A DNA stretch of 32,000 bases, taken from NCBI GenBank assembly GCA_047651235.1, contig CP178758.1:1350001-1382000 (forward strand). Reading direction: 5' to 3'. Below are positions 1 through 9,300 of this stretch, piece by piece. This DNA is from Candidatus Electrothrix yaqonensis (lineage in GTDB: Bacteria; Desulfobacterota; Desulfobulbia; Desulfobulbales; Desulfobulbaceae). Numbering within the stretch: position 1 is the first letter of the stretch; the number at the start of each line of letters is the position of its first letter. Under the pieces are notes generated by a model. It saw only the letters and a program-made list of their open reading frames with translations, made no database searches and was not told the DNA's origin. Position numbers and translations under genes: made by a program.

Positions 1-1131
1 GTGCGGCGGGAAAACGAATGGCTCAGTCGGGGCCCTAAGGCAAGAGCCACCAAGGCCAAATACCGCAAAGATGCCGCCTATCAGCTCCAGGATGAACTGG
101 CTGCGGTGAAAAGCCGCAACCGGGTCGGGGCCAAGGTGGATATTGCCTTTGACAGTACAGACCGGAAGACCAAAAAATTGCTCGTTGCCGACGGCATCAG
201 CAAAGGTTTTGACGGCCGCACCCTGTTTGCCGATCTTGATCTGACCCTGTCGCCCGGCACCCGGCTCGGTCTGCTGGGCCGGAACGGCTGCGGCAAGTCC
301 ACCCTTATGCAGATTCTGGCTGCAGCAGGGGCTGATGATGATCGCAAGGGCCTGCTGCCGGATAGCGGTACGGTCACGGTGGCGGAGAACCTGCGCATAG
401 TCAGCTTTGATCAACGCCGGGAACAGCTGGATCAGGAGCAGACCCTGCGCCGCGCCCTGGCCCCGGACGGCGACTCGATTATCTATCAGGAGCGGTCCAT
501 CCATGTGGCCTCCTGGGCCAGACGCTTTTTGTTCCGCCCGGATCAGCTGGAAACCCTGGTAGCCCGGCTGTCCGGCGGCGAACAGGCCAGGATACTGATT
601 GCCTCGCTCATGCGCCAGCCTGCTGATATTCTCCTTCTGGACGAGCCAACCAATGATCTGGACATCCCCTCCCTATATGTGCTTGAGGAAAGCCTGAACG
701 AATTTGCCGGTGCCCTGGTCCTGGTCACTCATGACCGGTTCATGCTCGACCGGATCTGCGATCAGGTGCTGGGCTTTGACGGCAAAGGCAGGGCTGCCCT
801 GTTTGCTGATTACGAACAGTGGTTCAAAGCCCTCAAGCCGGAAGAGGAGCACAAGACGGTCAGAAAGAAAGCCCCGGCCAAGCCTGCGCATAAGAAACCC
901 GCCAAAAAGCTCTCCTACCTGGATCAGCGCGAGTATGATCAGATGGAGGAGAAAATTATGGAGGCGGAGGGCCGTCAGGAGGAGCTGGAGGCTGAAATCC
1001 AGACCCCGGAAACCGCTGCTGACCCGGCCAGGCTGGCTGAATGCTGGGAGGAGCTGGAAGGAGTGCAGGAGGAGATTGCTCGCCTCTACAGCCGCTGGGA
1101 TGAACTGGAGCAGCGCAAAAATGGAGAATAA
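1..1131 (+). CDS. ABC-F family ATPase, C-terminal part (Uup-like); gene continues upstream of the window
   Basis: Frame is open from base 1. A second ABC cassette is visible: Walker A GRNGCGKST, signature LSGGEQARILIA, Walker B ILLLDEPTNDLD, H-loop LVTHDR. A Lys-rich linker and acidic coiled-coil tail are typical of ABC-F proteins. TAA stop at 1129-1131. Confidence 0.85.
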   Translation: MRRENEWLSRGPKARATKAKYRKDAAYQLQDELAAVKSRNRVGAKVDIAFDSTDRKTKKLLVADGISKGFDGRTLFADLDLTLSPGTRLGLLGRNGCGKSTLMQILAAAGADDDRKGLLPDSGTVTVAENLRIVSFDQRREQLDQEQTLRRALAPDGDSIIYQERSIHVASWARRFLFRPDQLETLVARLSGGEQARILIASLMRQPADILLLDEPTNDLDIPSLYVLEESLNEFAGALVLVTHDRFMLDRICDQVLGFDGKGRAALFADYEQWFKALKPEEEHKTVRKKAPAKPAHKKPAKKLSYLDQREYDQMEEKIMEAEGRQEELEAEIQTPETAADPARLAECWEELEGVQEEIARLYSRWDELEQRKNGE

Positions 1132-1309
1132 GCAGCCCGTCTGTCCTGCCTGCGGCGGTACCGGTCAGCTCAATCAGTTCAAAGGTGAAAGCCGCTTTCT
1201 GCTCACAGTAGAGGAATGCCCGTTCTGCTGCGGTTTCGGGTATGTGCAGGAAGAGGAGCAGGAAAAGGACCCGGCGGAGAAAACCGGAAAATCGGGCCGC
1301 AGGGGTTGA
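1121..1309 (+). CDS. Small (62 aa) DnaJ-CR-type zinc-finger protein
   Basis: ATG at 1121 overlaps the ABC-F stop by 11 nt, with GGAG about 11 nt upstream. Two CxxCxGxG motifs (CPACGGTG, CPFCCGFG) and an acidic tail; TGA at 1307-1309. It is the only plausible part of the 704..1309 track ORF. Confidence 0.45.
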   Translation: MENKQPVCPACGGTGQLNQFKGESRFLLTVEECPFCCGFGYVQEEEQEKDPAEKTGKSGRRG

Positions 1310-1409
1310 CAGCCATCCAGATAGGCAGGATCACCAAAAAGGTAGCCGTCTGGGAAGATTCTTTCTGCTTCTATGTGCCTTCAAAGCGGTAACCTGTTGA
1401 TACTATTAG

Positions 1410-1598
1410 GAATATAGCCCTGAACAAATTGTTTCAATCAGAAAACGATTTAAGCTGAGCTAGGCAGCACTGGCCAGCATTTTCAACATCAGCCCGTCTA
1501 TTGTCAGTAAATGGGAGCTGGGTGACAAAAAGCCTGCCGGAGCTTCAAAAAAACTGCTTGATATTATAGGAAGAAAAGGGCTTGAAGCCTTTATTTGA
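1410..1598 (+). pseudogene. Remnant of an XRE/MqsA-type HTH antitoxin or transcriptional regulator
   Basis: Translation reads EYSPEQIVSIRKRFKLS*AALASIFNISPSIVSKWELGDKKPAGASKKLLDIIGRKGLEAFI, the classic C-terminal HTH pattern (SPEQI..IR...LSQ..A...gvS..TVskWE.G...P.G.a..LL.ii). In-frame TAG at 1461-1463 where Q is usual. Further stops lie upstream (TAG 1407-1409, TGA 1398-1400) and there is no start codon. Confidence 0.45.
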
Positions 1599-1794
1599 AT
1601 TTTTTCGGTGGTGTAATTTACTCTTGATCGGCACCCTAATTTTGTTGTTTGCTATTACGGCGGAAGAAATCAGCCAGATTTTTATTGCGAATCGTACTTT
1701 TGATTTGATTGATCTTTCTTGTAGTTATCTTGGGATTATTGTGGGGGATGTTGTGGTGAGGGTGTTGAAAGGAAAGCGGAATGTAGCCTTGTAA
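1582..1794 (+). CDS. Possible VanZ-like C-terminal fragment (70 aa, TTG start)
   Basis: A hydrophobic helix is followed by AEEISQIFIANRTFDLIDLSCSYLGIIVG, resembling the VanZ DE..Q.F.pgR.....D...N..G motif. It is too short for a full VanZ protein and sits in an AT-rich junk region. Confidence 0.2.
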   Translation: MKPLFEFFRWCNLLLIGTLILLFAITAEEISQIFIANRTFDLIDLSCSYLGIIVGDVVVRVLKGKRNVAL

Positions 1795-1891
1795 CAGGTA
1801 GTTCCCGAAGAACCAGCCGGTGGTTGCGGGTTAGTAGACAGCACAGAATCCAGAATAGGAATCAAAAGTTTATCACAATAAAGGTGAAACC

Positions 1892-2107
1892 ATGCAGCGA
1901 ACACAAGTATCTTCAAGCAACCTTCGATCAGTCGGATACGATCCAGAAACATCAACTCTTGAAATTGAATTTATGCATGGTGGGGTGTACTCATACTCGG
2001 ATGTTCCAGAGGCTGAGTACAATGGTTTGATGTCTGCTTCTTCGCACGGGTCGTATTTCAATGCTAATATCAGGAAAGGAGGTTATCCGTACAGGAAGAT
2101 TCGCTGA
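1892..2107 (+). CDS. KTSC domain-containing protein (71 aa)
   Basis: SSNLRSVGYDPETSTLEIEFMHGGVYSYSDVPEAEYNGLMSASSHGSYFNANIR matches the KTSC-domain consensus as I remember it. Good SD (AAGGTGA) 5 nt upstream of the ATG. TGA stop. Confidence 0.8.
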   Translation: MQRTQVSSSNLRSVGYDPETSTLEIEFMHGGVYSYSDVPEAEYNGLMSASSHGSYFNANIRKGGYPYRKIR

Positions 2108-2145
2108 GAGCTTTGCCATCTGATTGAAATACAGCAAAAAGGTAG

Positions 2146-4989
2146 TTGTTAGTGATAGAGAATATGCTGACCGACGAATACAAAGGAATGCGTTGGCTGA
2201 AGTGTGATTTGCACATGCATACAGCAGGAGATTCCAATCATTGGCATGGGGATTCAATAATTCTTGGACAAGAGGCTGATACTGCAAGAAAATTCGTAGC
2301 AGCCTGTTGTAAAACAGGACTTAATGTTGTCGCGATAACAGACCATAATTTTTTAAGCAAAGACTTTCTTCCGCATCTGCAAACGGCTTTTTCTGAACTT
2401 GAACGCCAAAAAAATCACAAGATCAGTCTGTTCCCAGGATTCGAGTTTGAAGCAGCAGGAGTTGGACGCGGCGTTCATGTACTCTCCTTGTTTAAACCGG
2501 ACTCTGATTTCTCACAGATTCAATCCATATTGACAGAATGCGGTATATCTTACCCAGGGTTGGACCAGAACGGAATCCTGTGTAAATCTGATCTCAACCT
2601 GAAAGAAATCTTACAAATTGTACAGGAGAAGCACAACGGGATTGTTATTCTTCCACACTCTCTGAGTGATGACGGTATATTTGACAATACATCGACAAGA
2701 GAATGGCTCCAGCAGGATCAGTTTACCAACCCTCATCTTTTAGCCGTTGAAGTCCCCAAACCTGTCTGCCAAATGAGCAAGGCATTCCAGAAACTGTTTC
2801 GTTCAGGTGATGACTGCCTCCAAGGTTGGAAAAGAATTCGACCTATTGCCACCTTGATGTCATCAGATAATAAAAAATTAACTGATCAAGGCGAAGACAA
2901 AAAACCGACTCCTAACAGCATTGGATTCCGATATTCTTGGATCAAGATGTCTGACCCTTCCATTGAGTCCCTCCGACAGGCTTTCCTCGACCACGAGTCA
3001 CGCATTTCTCTCCCGAAAGACGTTTCGACTGATATTCACCCAGCTGAACGGGAACGACACGCAGTTATCGAGTCTGTCTCTGTAAAAAATACAGCCTTCT
3101 TAGCTGACCAGGAAATCTACTTTTCTCCCAACATGAATTGTGTGATCGGAGGACGGGGGAGCGGCAAGTCAACGTTGCTTGAGTACCTTCGGATCATACT
3201 GAAAAAAGATCAAAATAAAAAAGTTGACGATAATACAAAAGAACGTATTGGGCGAATACAAAGTACTTTGAACGGGATCTCAGAACTAAAAGTCTGCTGG
3301 AAAAGTGCTGACGGACTCAAGGATTGTATCGTCTGGCGGCAGGGTGACGGCTCTATTGTTCAGGGTGAGGAACAGCCTGATCCAGGTACCTTTTTTCGTA
3401 ACCTCCCCGTTCACTTTTACAGTCAACAGCAACTTAGCCGCCTGACGGAGCCAAAAAAAGATGACGGCAGCGAACGTCTGCTGGAACTACTGGACGGATT
3501 TGCCAAAAACGAACTGAAAGAATTGTCCGAGCAGGAACGAATAGTTAAGCGTCAGATTCAGGAGAATTTCGCTAAACTCCGTCAAGCGAAAGCCCTTGAA
3601 GAAGACTATAAGCGTCTTCAGCAGGAAGAAAATGATCTGACCCGCCAATGGAAGGCACGCCAAGAAATTCAGGAGGATGCTCAAAGGCATCAGCAGCTTA
3701 AAGAAGAATATCATTACCTTGAGGGACTACTGGGTGTTCCGGGAAAACAATTTTCTGATGTTGCCATGCTGGCAGAAAGCATTGCCGATTCCCACCTGTC
3801 TTTTCCGACAGGCGACTTGCCTCATGCGGTATGGTTTCATCAGTTTGATAGTAAAGTGAAAAATGCTAAGGATAAAGTGGCAGAAACAATACGTGAGACC
3901 GTTGAACAGTTCAACCGAGATATCCAGGTATTCAAAGGAGATGACTCGAATTGGCCTGCTATCCAGAAAGAGCTGGAACAAGCAGATGAGCAATTCAGAA
4001 AAGCCTGTGACGATAAAGGTCTTACTCCCGATGATGTTGGTCGCCTTCAGGAAATCAATCAGTCGCGGGAGAAAAAGCAGCGAGATATCGAAAAGCTGAA
4101 GGGAGAAATCCAAGAGATCAAGACAGCATCTGACAACCCGGAAGAAGCAATGCAAAAACTTCATCAGTTATGGAAGGAACAGACAGTTAAACGGGAGAAG
4201 GCAGCAAGCCGAGCAAATAAGTTAGCTGTACTGAATGACAGCGATCGGCCATTTATAGAAGTAACGGTTCAATGTCAGCAAGATAAAAAAAGTTTCCAAG
4301 AACACTGGCAGCATTTTAGAGACGCCACTTCTGTTAAAGGCAATACACGTCTTGGAAAAAACTGGGAAGACTGCGGAAACGGCCTATTCAGCCTTTTCGT
4401 GAGCAAACAGGATGCCGAGTCGCCGTGGCAGTTACTGCATAATCTTCTCCCTGTGGAGCGGGAAGCAATTGAACTTGATTGTGGCAGAATCTCCCATGAG
4501 GAATTGTTTAATCACATTAAAGCGCATCCTGAAGAATGGGAACAACTTCGTTGTTCCAGAGTGCAGGACAGTGTGGACGTGAAGTTGTATCGGGCTGACG
4601 GTTCTCCTGCTGGAAGCATTGCCGAGGGATCGCTTTCCGATGGACAGAGAAATACAGCAGCACTCGCACTGCTGCTCGCTCAGGAAGGTGGTCCTCTTGT
4701 CATTGACCAGCCTGAAGACGAGCTGGACTCTAATTTTGTCTTCAACGAACTGATCCCGATGCTCCGCAAGGTCAAATCAAAACGTCAGATCATCATGGCA
4801 ACACATAATGCCAACCTGCCGGTCAACGGAGATGCGGAATTAGTATATGCTCTTGAAGCGCTTGGAAGCAAAGGAGAAGTGCGCACTCATGGCGGTCTTG
4901 ATCAACATGCTGTTACCCAAGCCGTTCTCGATATTATGGAGGGAACAGAAGAAGCCTTCCGGCGGAGGCGGGAGAAATATCACTTCTGA
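2146..4989 (+). CDS. PHP-domain phosphoesterase fused to a Rad50/SMC-type ABC ATPase (Ppl-like / PHP-AAA fusion)
   Basis: N-terminal PHP motifs: CDLHMHT, AITDHN, FPGFEFE, GVHVLSLF, ILPHS. Walker A GGRGSGKST at about nt 3148-3174. A heptad-rich K/E/Q coiled-coil region of about 300 aa follows. C-terminal ABC signature LSDGQRNTAALALLL, Walker B LVIDQPEDELD and H-loop IMATHNANL. No CxxC hook. Start is ambiguous (TTG 2146, GTG 2152 or ATG 2164). Confidence 0.85.
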   Translation: MLVIENMLTDEYKGMRWLKCDLHMHTAGDSNHWHGDSIILGQEADTARKFVAACCKTGLNVVAITDHNFLSKDFLPHLQTAFSELERQKNHKISLFPGFEFEAAGVGRGVHVLSLFKPDSDFSQIQSILTECGISYPGLDQNGILCKSDLNLKEILQIVQEKHNGIVILPHSLSDDGIFDNTSTREWLQQDQFTNPHLLAVEVPKPVCQMSKAFQKLFRSGDDCLQGWKRIRPIATLMSSDNKKLTDQGEDKKPTPNSIGFRYSWIKMSDPSIESLRQAFLDHESRISLPKDVSTDIHPAERERHAVIESVSVKNTAFLADQEIYFSPNMNCVIGGRGSGKSTLLEYLRIILKKDQNKKVDDNTKERIGRIQSTLNGISELKVCWKSADGLKDCIVWRQGDGSIVQGEEQPDPGTFFRNLPVHFYSQQQLSRLTEPKKDDGSERLLELLDGFAKNELKELSEQERIVKRQIQENFAKLRQAKALEEDYKRLQQEENDLTRQWKARQEIQEDAQRHQQLKEEYHYLEGLLGVPGKQFSDVAMLAESIADSHLSFPTGDLPHAVWFHQFDSKVKNAKDKVAETIRETVEQFNRDIQVFKGDDSNWPAIQKELEQADEQFRKACDDKGLTPDDVGRLQEINQSREKKQRDIEKLKGEIQEIKTASDNPEEAMQKLHQLWKEQTVKREKAASRANKLAVLNDSDRPFIEVTVQCQQDKKSFQEHWQHFRDATSVKGNTRLGKNWEDCGNGLFSLFVSKQDAESPWQLLHNLLPVEREAIELDCGRISHEELFNHIKAHPEEWEQLRCSRVQDSVDVKLYRADGSPAGSIAEGSLSDGQRNTAALALLLAQEGGPLVIDQPEDELDSNFVFNELIPMLRKVKSKRQIIMATHNANLPVNGDAELVYALEALGSKGEVRTHGGLDQHAVTQAVLDIMEGTEEAFRRRREKYHF

Positions 4990-5003
4990 CAAGACCACCT
5001 TCT

Positions 5004-6254
5004 ATGAATAAACCCCTCCGCATCCTCCACACCTCCGACTGGCACATAGGTCGCACCCTCTACGGACGCCCCAGCTACGACGAGTTCACCAAATTTTTTC
5101 ATTGGCTCTACGACACCATTGTCGAGCAGCAGGTGGACATCCTGCTGGTGGCAGGCGACGTCTTCCACACCACCACCCCCAGCAACCGGGCCCAGCAGCT
5201 CTACTACAACTTCCTCTGCCGGGTCGCAGCCTCGTCCTGCCGTCATCTGGTGGTGACTGCTGGCAATCACGACTCGCCCACCTTTCTCAGCGCCCCGCGA
5301 GAACTCCTGCGCGCCCTTAATATCCACGTCCTGGCCACCCTGCCCTCCTCGCCTGCCGAGGAGGTCCTTGTCCTCAAAGACCAGGCCGGACAAGCCGAGG
5401 CCATCATCTGCGCGGTGCCCTTTCTCCGCGACCGGGATATCCGCACAGCAGTCGCCGGACAGGACCAGGATGACCGGGAACAGGATCTGATCCAGGGCAT
5501 CAAACAGCATTATAGCGAGGTCTGCGCCGCAGCTGAGGAGCAGCGCAATACATTGCCCCGTCCTGTCCCCCTCATCGGCATGGGCCATCTCTTCACCGCT
5601 AACGGCAGCAAAGTGGAAGGCGACGGGGTACGTAATCTCTATGTGGGCTCCCTGGCCTCTGTGAGTGCGGACGCTTTCCCGGATAGCCTGGATTACCTGG
5701 CCCTAGGCCATCTCCATGCCCCGCAAAAGGTAGGGGGCAACGAAACCCGCCGCTACAGCGGAGCCCCTCTGGTAATGGGTTTTGGCGAGGCTGAAAAAAA
5801 GAAGAGCGTCTGTCTGCTTGATTTCCCGGCATCCGACCCGACCGCCCCAGCTGTGGAGCTTCTGCCAGTGCCGATATGTCAGCGAATTAAACAGATCAAG
5901 GGCGACTGGGAGCATATCCAGACCGAGCTCACCACCTTGAAGCTGGAAGGCCGGGCCATCTGGCTGGAGATTATTTACCAAGGCGAAGAGCTGATTGCTG
6001 ATCTGCGTCAGCGTCTTGATGCTGCTGTTGCCGGAACAGAACTGAAGATCCTCCGCGTCCGCAACCGCCGCATTATCGAGCAGGCCCTGCATCCGGTTCA
6101 GGCCGAGGAAACCTTGGCTGATCTGGGGCATGAACAGGTCTTTAACCGCTGCCTGGATGCCCATGAAATCCCGGCAGAACAGCGTCCTTCCCTGCTGGCC
6201 GCGTATCGGGAAATCACCCTTGGCCTGGAACAGGATGATCCGATGGCTACGTAG
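5004..6254 (+). CDS. sbcD: Exonuclease SbcCD, nuclease subunit D (Mre11-like)
   Basis: Calcineurin-like/Mre11 motifs are present (LHTSDWHIGR, AGDVFH, AGNHDS, GHLH). 416 aa, immediately upstream of sbcC. TAG stop at 6252-6254. Confidence 0.9.
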   Translation: MNKPLRILHTSDWHIGRTLYGRPSYDEFTKFFHWLYDTIVEQQVDILLVAGDVFHTTTPSNRAQQLYYNFLCRVAASSCRHLVVTAGNHDSPTFLSAPRELLRALNIHVLATLPSSPAEEVLVLKDQAGQAEAIICAVPFLRDRDIRTAVAGQDQDDREQDLIQGIKQHYSEVCAAAEEQRNTLPRPVPLIGMGHLFTANGSKVEGDGVRNLYVGSLASVSADAFPDSLDYLALGHLHAPQKVGGNETRRYSGAPLVMGFGEAEKKKSVCLLDFPASDPTAPAVELLPVPICQRIKQIKGDWEHIQTELTTLKLEGRAIWLEIIYQGEELIADLRQRLDAAVAGTELKILRVRNRRIIEQALHPVQAEETLADLGHEQVFNRCLDAHEIPAEQRPSLLAAYREITLGLEQDDPMAT

Positions 6255-6278
6255 GGGCGGTTCGCGAACCGCCCCTAC
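6251..6278. repeat. Perfect 28-bp palindrome GTAGGGGCGGTTCG|CGAACCGCCCCTAC
   Basis: Read directly from the sequence: its reverse complement is identical to itself. It covers the sbcD stop codon and lies 36 nt upstream of the sbcC ATG. Confidence 0.95.
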
Positions 6279-6313
6279 AACCCTGCACCCAAAAAATAAC
6301 CCCGCCCGCAAAC

Positions 6314-9300
6314 ATGCGTATCCTCCGACTTCGTCTCCACAATCTCAATTCCCTGAGCGGCAAATGGGAGCTTGATTTTACTGATCCCTCTTTTGTCAGC
6401 AACGGCATCTTTGCCATCACCGGCCCCACCGGCTCGGGCAAGACCACTATTCTGGATGCGGTCTGTCTGGCCCTGTACGGGTCTACTCCCCGTCTAGGAA
6501 AAGTAACCGGCAGCAACAATGAAATTATGTCCCGCCGATGCGGTGAATGTTCCGCCGAGGTGGAGTTTGCCACGGTCAGGGGCCGATACCGCTGTTTCTG
6601 GTTTCAGCACAGGAGCCGAAAAAAAACCGACGGCAACCTGCAGCCGCCCAAACGGGAATTTTCCGAGGTGAAAACCGGAAAAATTCTGGCCTCGAAGAGC
6701 GATGAGGTGGCCCGGCTGGTGGAGGAATACACGGGCATGGATTTTGACCGCTTCACCCGATCCATGCTTCTTGCTCAGGGAGGTTTTGCAGCTTTTCTCC
6801 AAGCCGGACAGGATGATCGGGCACCGATCCTGGAACAGATCACGGGCAGCGGTGTTTACAGCGAAATCTCCAAGCGGGTGCATGTACGTTTCACAGCGGA
6901 AAAAGCAGCGCAGACCACGTTGGAGGAAAAGGTTGCAGCCATGCAGCTGCTTTCCTTGAGCCGGGAAAAGGAGCTGCAGCAGGACGTGGCTCGCTTGCAG
7001 ACTGCACAAGCCGAGTCGGAACGGACAATCAGGAACAATGAAGCTCTGCTTGTTCAGCTGGAGAAGATTGCCGAACTGCAACAGGATATTACGGTCATCA
7101 GCAAAGAACAGAGCAGTCTCTTGCAGGAAGAAAAAAATTTTGCCGAGGATGCCGAACGGCTGGCCTTGGCTGAACAGGCCCGTGTGCTGGAAGGAGAGTA
7201 TACAGAACTCCGCTTACTGCGCGACAGCCAGCAGAAAAATATAGCTGCCTTGGCAGCAGCACGGTTGAGCCTGCCCAAAAAAGAAACAGCGGTTAAGGAG
7301 GCGGAACAGCATCTCAACAGCAGCAAGGATGCCTTGGAAGAAAGCAGAGCTGCTCAGGAAAAAGGAACTGCCATTATCCGGGAGGTCCGGGAACTGGATC
7401 TCCGCATCAATGATACAACTGCTACCCTGGACCGGGACAGGAAAAAACAGACTGCACTGAAGGAGCAACAGCAGCAGGATCAGGAGCAATATACGCAGCT
7501 GGAACAACAGAAAAACAAGGCCGCTGCCCGCCTGCAAAAGATAAACCGCTATCTGAGCGAACACCGCATTGATGAACAGCTGAACACGGAACTTGCAGCC
7601 CTCTGCCTGCGTCTTGAACAGTTCGGCAGCTCGGCAGATACGCTGAAAAATCTCCACCTCAAGCGGGACAAAGCTGACAAGGAAAGGGGCAAGACTGAGC
7701 AGACTTGGCAAAAACAACAACAGGCATATCTGACCGCTGAAAAATTACTGAACGATATCGGGCAGCAGCGTGTCGCGATCCAAGATGAACAGACCGCCCT
7801 GCTGAATGGCCGCAGCATTGCGGAAATACGACGGGATTTGCGACTGTTGACGGATCAATGTGCTCTACTCAGGCAGCTACTGGAAAATGCCCGGAAGCAG
7901 GAAAAATTTGTACAGGATCTCAGAGGTTTTTTAAGCCAACAAGAAGAGCTTACTGCGGAACGCGACAAACAGGCTGATGAGTTTGCTCTTCTCCAGGAGG
8001 AGCAGAAGAGAACAAAGGAACAGGCAGAGGCCCTGCGCATCCAAGTTGCTCTTTGTGCCCGTATCCGCGACCTTGAAGAAGAACGCGCCCGTTTGCAGGC
8101 CGAGCATCCCTGCCCGCTCTGCGGCTCGCTTGAGCATCCCTATGCAGAGGAAGAAAATATCCCGATGTTGGATGCAGCGGAAGAAAAATTACAGGCAGCT
8201 CTGGCGGCAAAGGACGCGGCAGATAAAAAAATTTCTGATGCCCGGGTCAGACGTGCTCAACTTGAAGCAAAAGAACAGGAGATGAGCAGGCAACTTCGCG
8301 AAAAGGAAGATGCTGTGCAGGAGCTTGGAGAGCAGCAACATACATTATATAGAGAGCTTGCAGGCCAGACACCGGTTGAGCGAAATCCTGTCGCTATACA
8401 ACAGCACCTTGCAGCATTTCAAGATCGACTCGCGGAAACGCAGAAACAACTTGATGCCGCAGAGCAGGCAGAGCAGAAACTTGACAAGTTCAGTCATGCG
8501 CTGGATAAGCAAAAGGATGCTGTTTTTCAGGCGGACAGAAAACAGGAGGCTGCACGAAATGCTCGGGAAAAGGCCGAGCAGGAGCTGCAAAGATTGGAGC
8601 AGGAATCCAAGGAGGCGGAAGAGATGCTTGCCGCGAAACAGTGCATTGCCTTGGAAAAATTAGCGGTCTACAGTATTACCGGGCTGTCTGTCAATAATCC
8701 GGAAAAAATTATCACTGAGCTCACTGCACGGCGGGATCAATGGCTGGATAAAAAGAAAAAAAAGGAAGCTGCAGTACAGAAGATTGCCTCATTGGACACA
8801 GCAGGCCGAGAACTGCAGGTTGCTATGGACACAAGGCAGAGCCAGATGGAGGAAATGGAGGCCGCTCTTACCGACAAACGCAGAGAACAACAGAACTTGG
8901 TTGAACAACGTGTTCAGCTTTTTGCGGAAAAAGATCCGGATCTCATCGAAAAACAGCTTGCCCAGGCAGTCAAGCAGGCTGAGACAGATCTGCAGAAAAG
9001 CCGAAAAAAATACAATCAGTTGCTTACAGATCGTGCTTTGGCTAGGGCTGATCTCCGCACTCAAGAAGATGATGTCACAAAGGTCAGAAAAGAACGTGAA
9101 CAGGTTGAAGCACTTTTTATCCAGCGACTTCAGGAAAAAAGTTTTACCGATGAAAAAGCTTGGTGTGCAGCCCGTCTCGCTGAAGAACAACGCATTGCTC
9201 TGAAGAAGCAGGCTGATGCTCTGCGGGATCGGAAAATCCGGCTTGACACACATCTACACAGCAAGGAAACAGAGCTTGCCGCTGCACAAGAAGCCCTGTC

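Noticed and set aside
6252-6299. Read-through of the sbcD TAG to fuse sbcD with downstream sequence
   Set aside because: Continuing the frame hits TAA after 14 codons (6297-6299), before sbcC, and sbcC is in a different frame. SbcD also has a normal length at the TAG.
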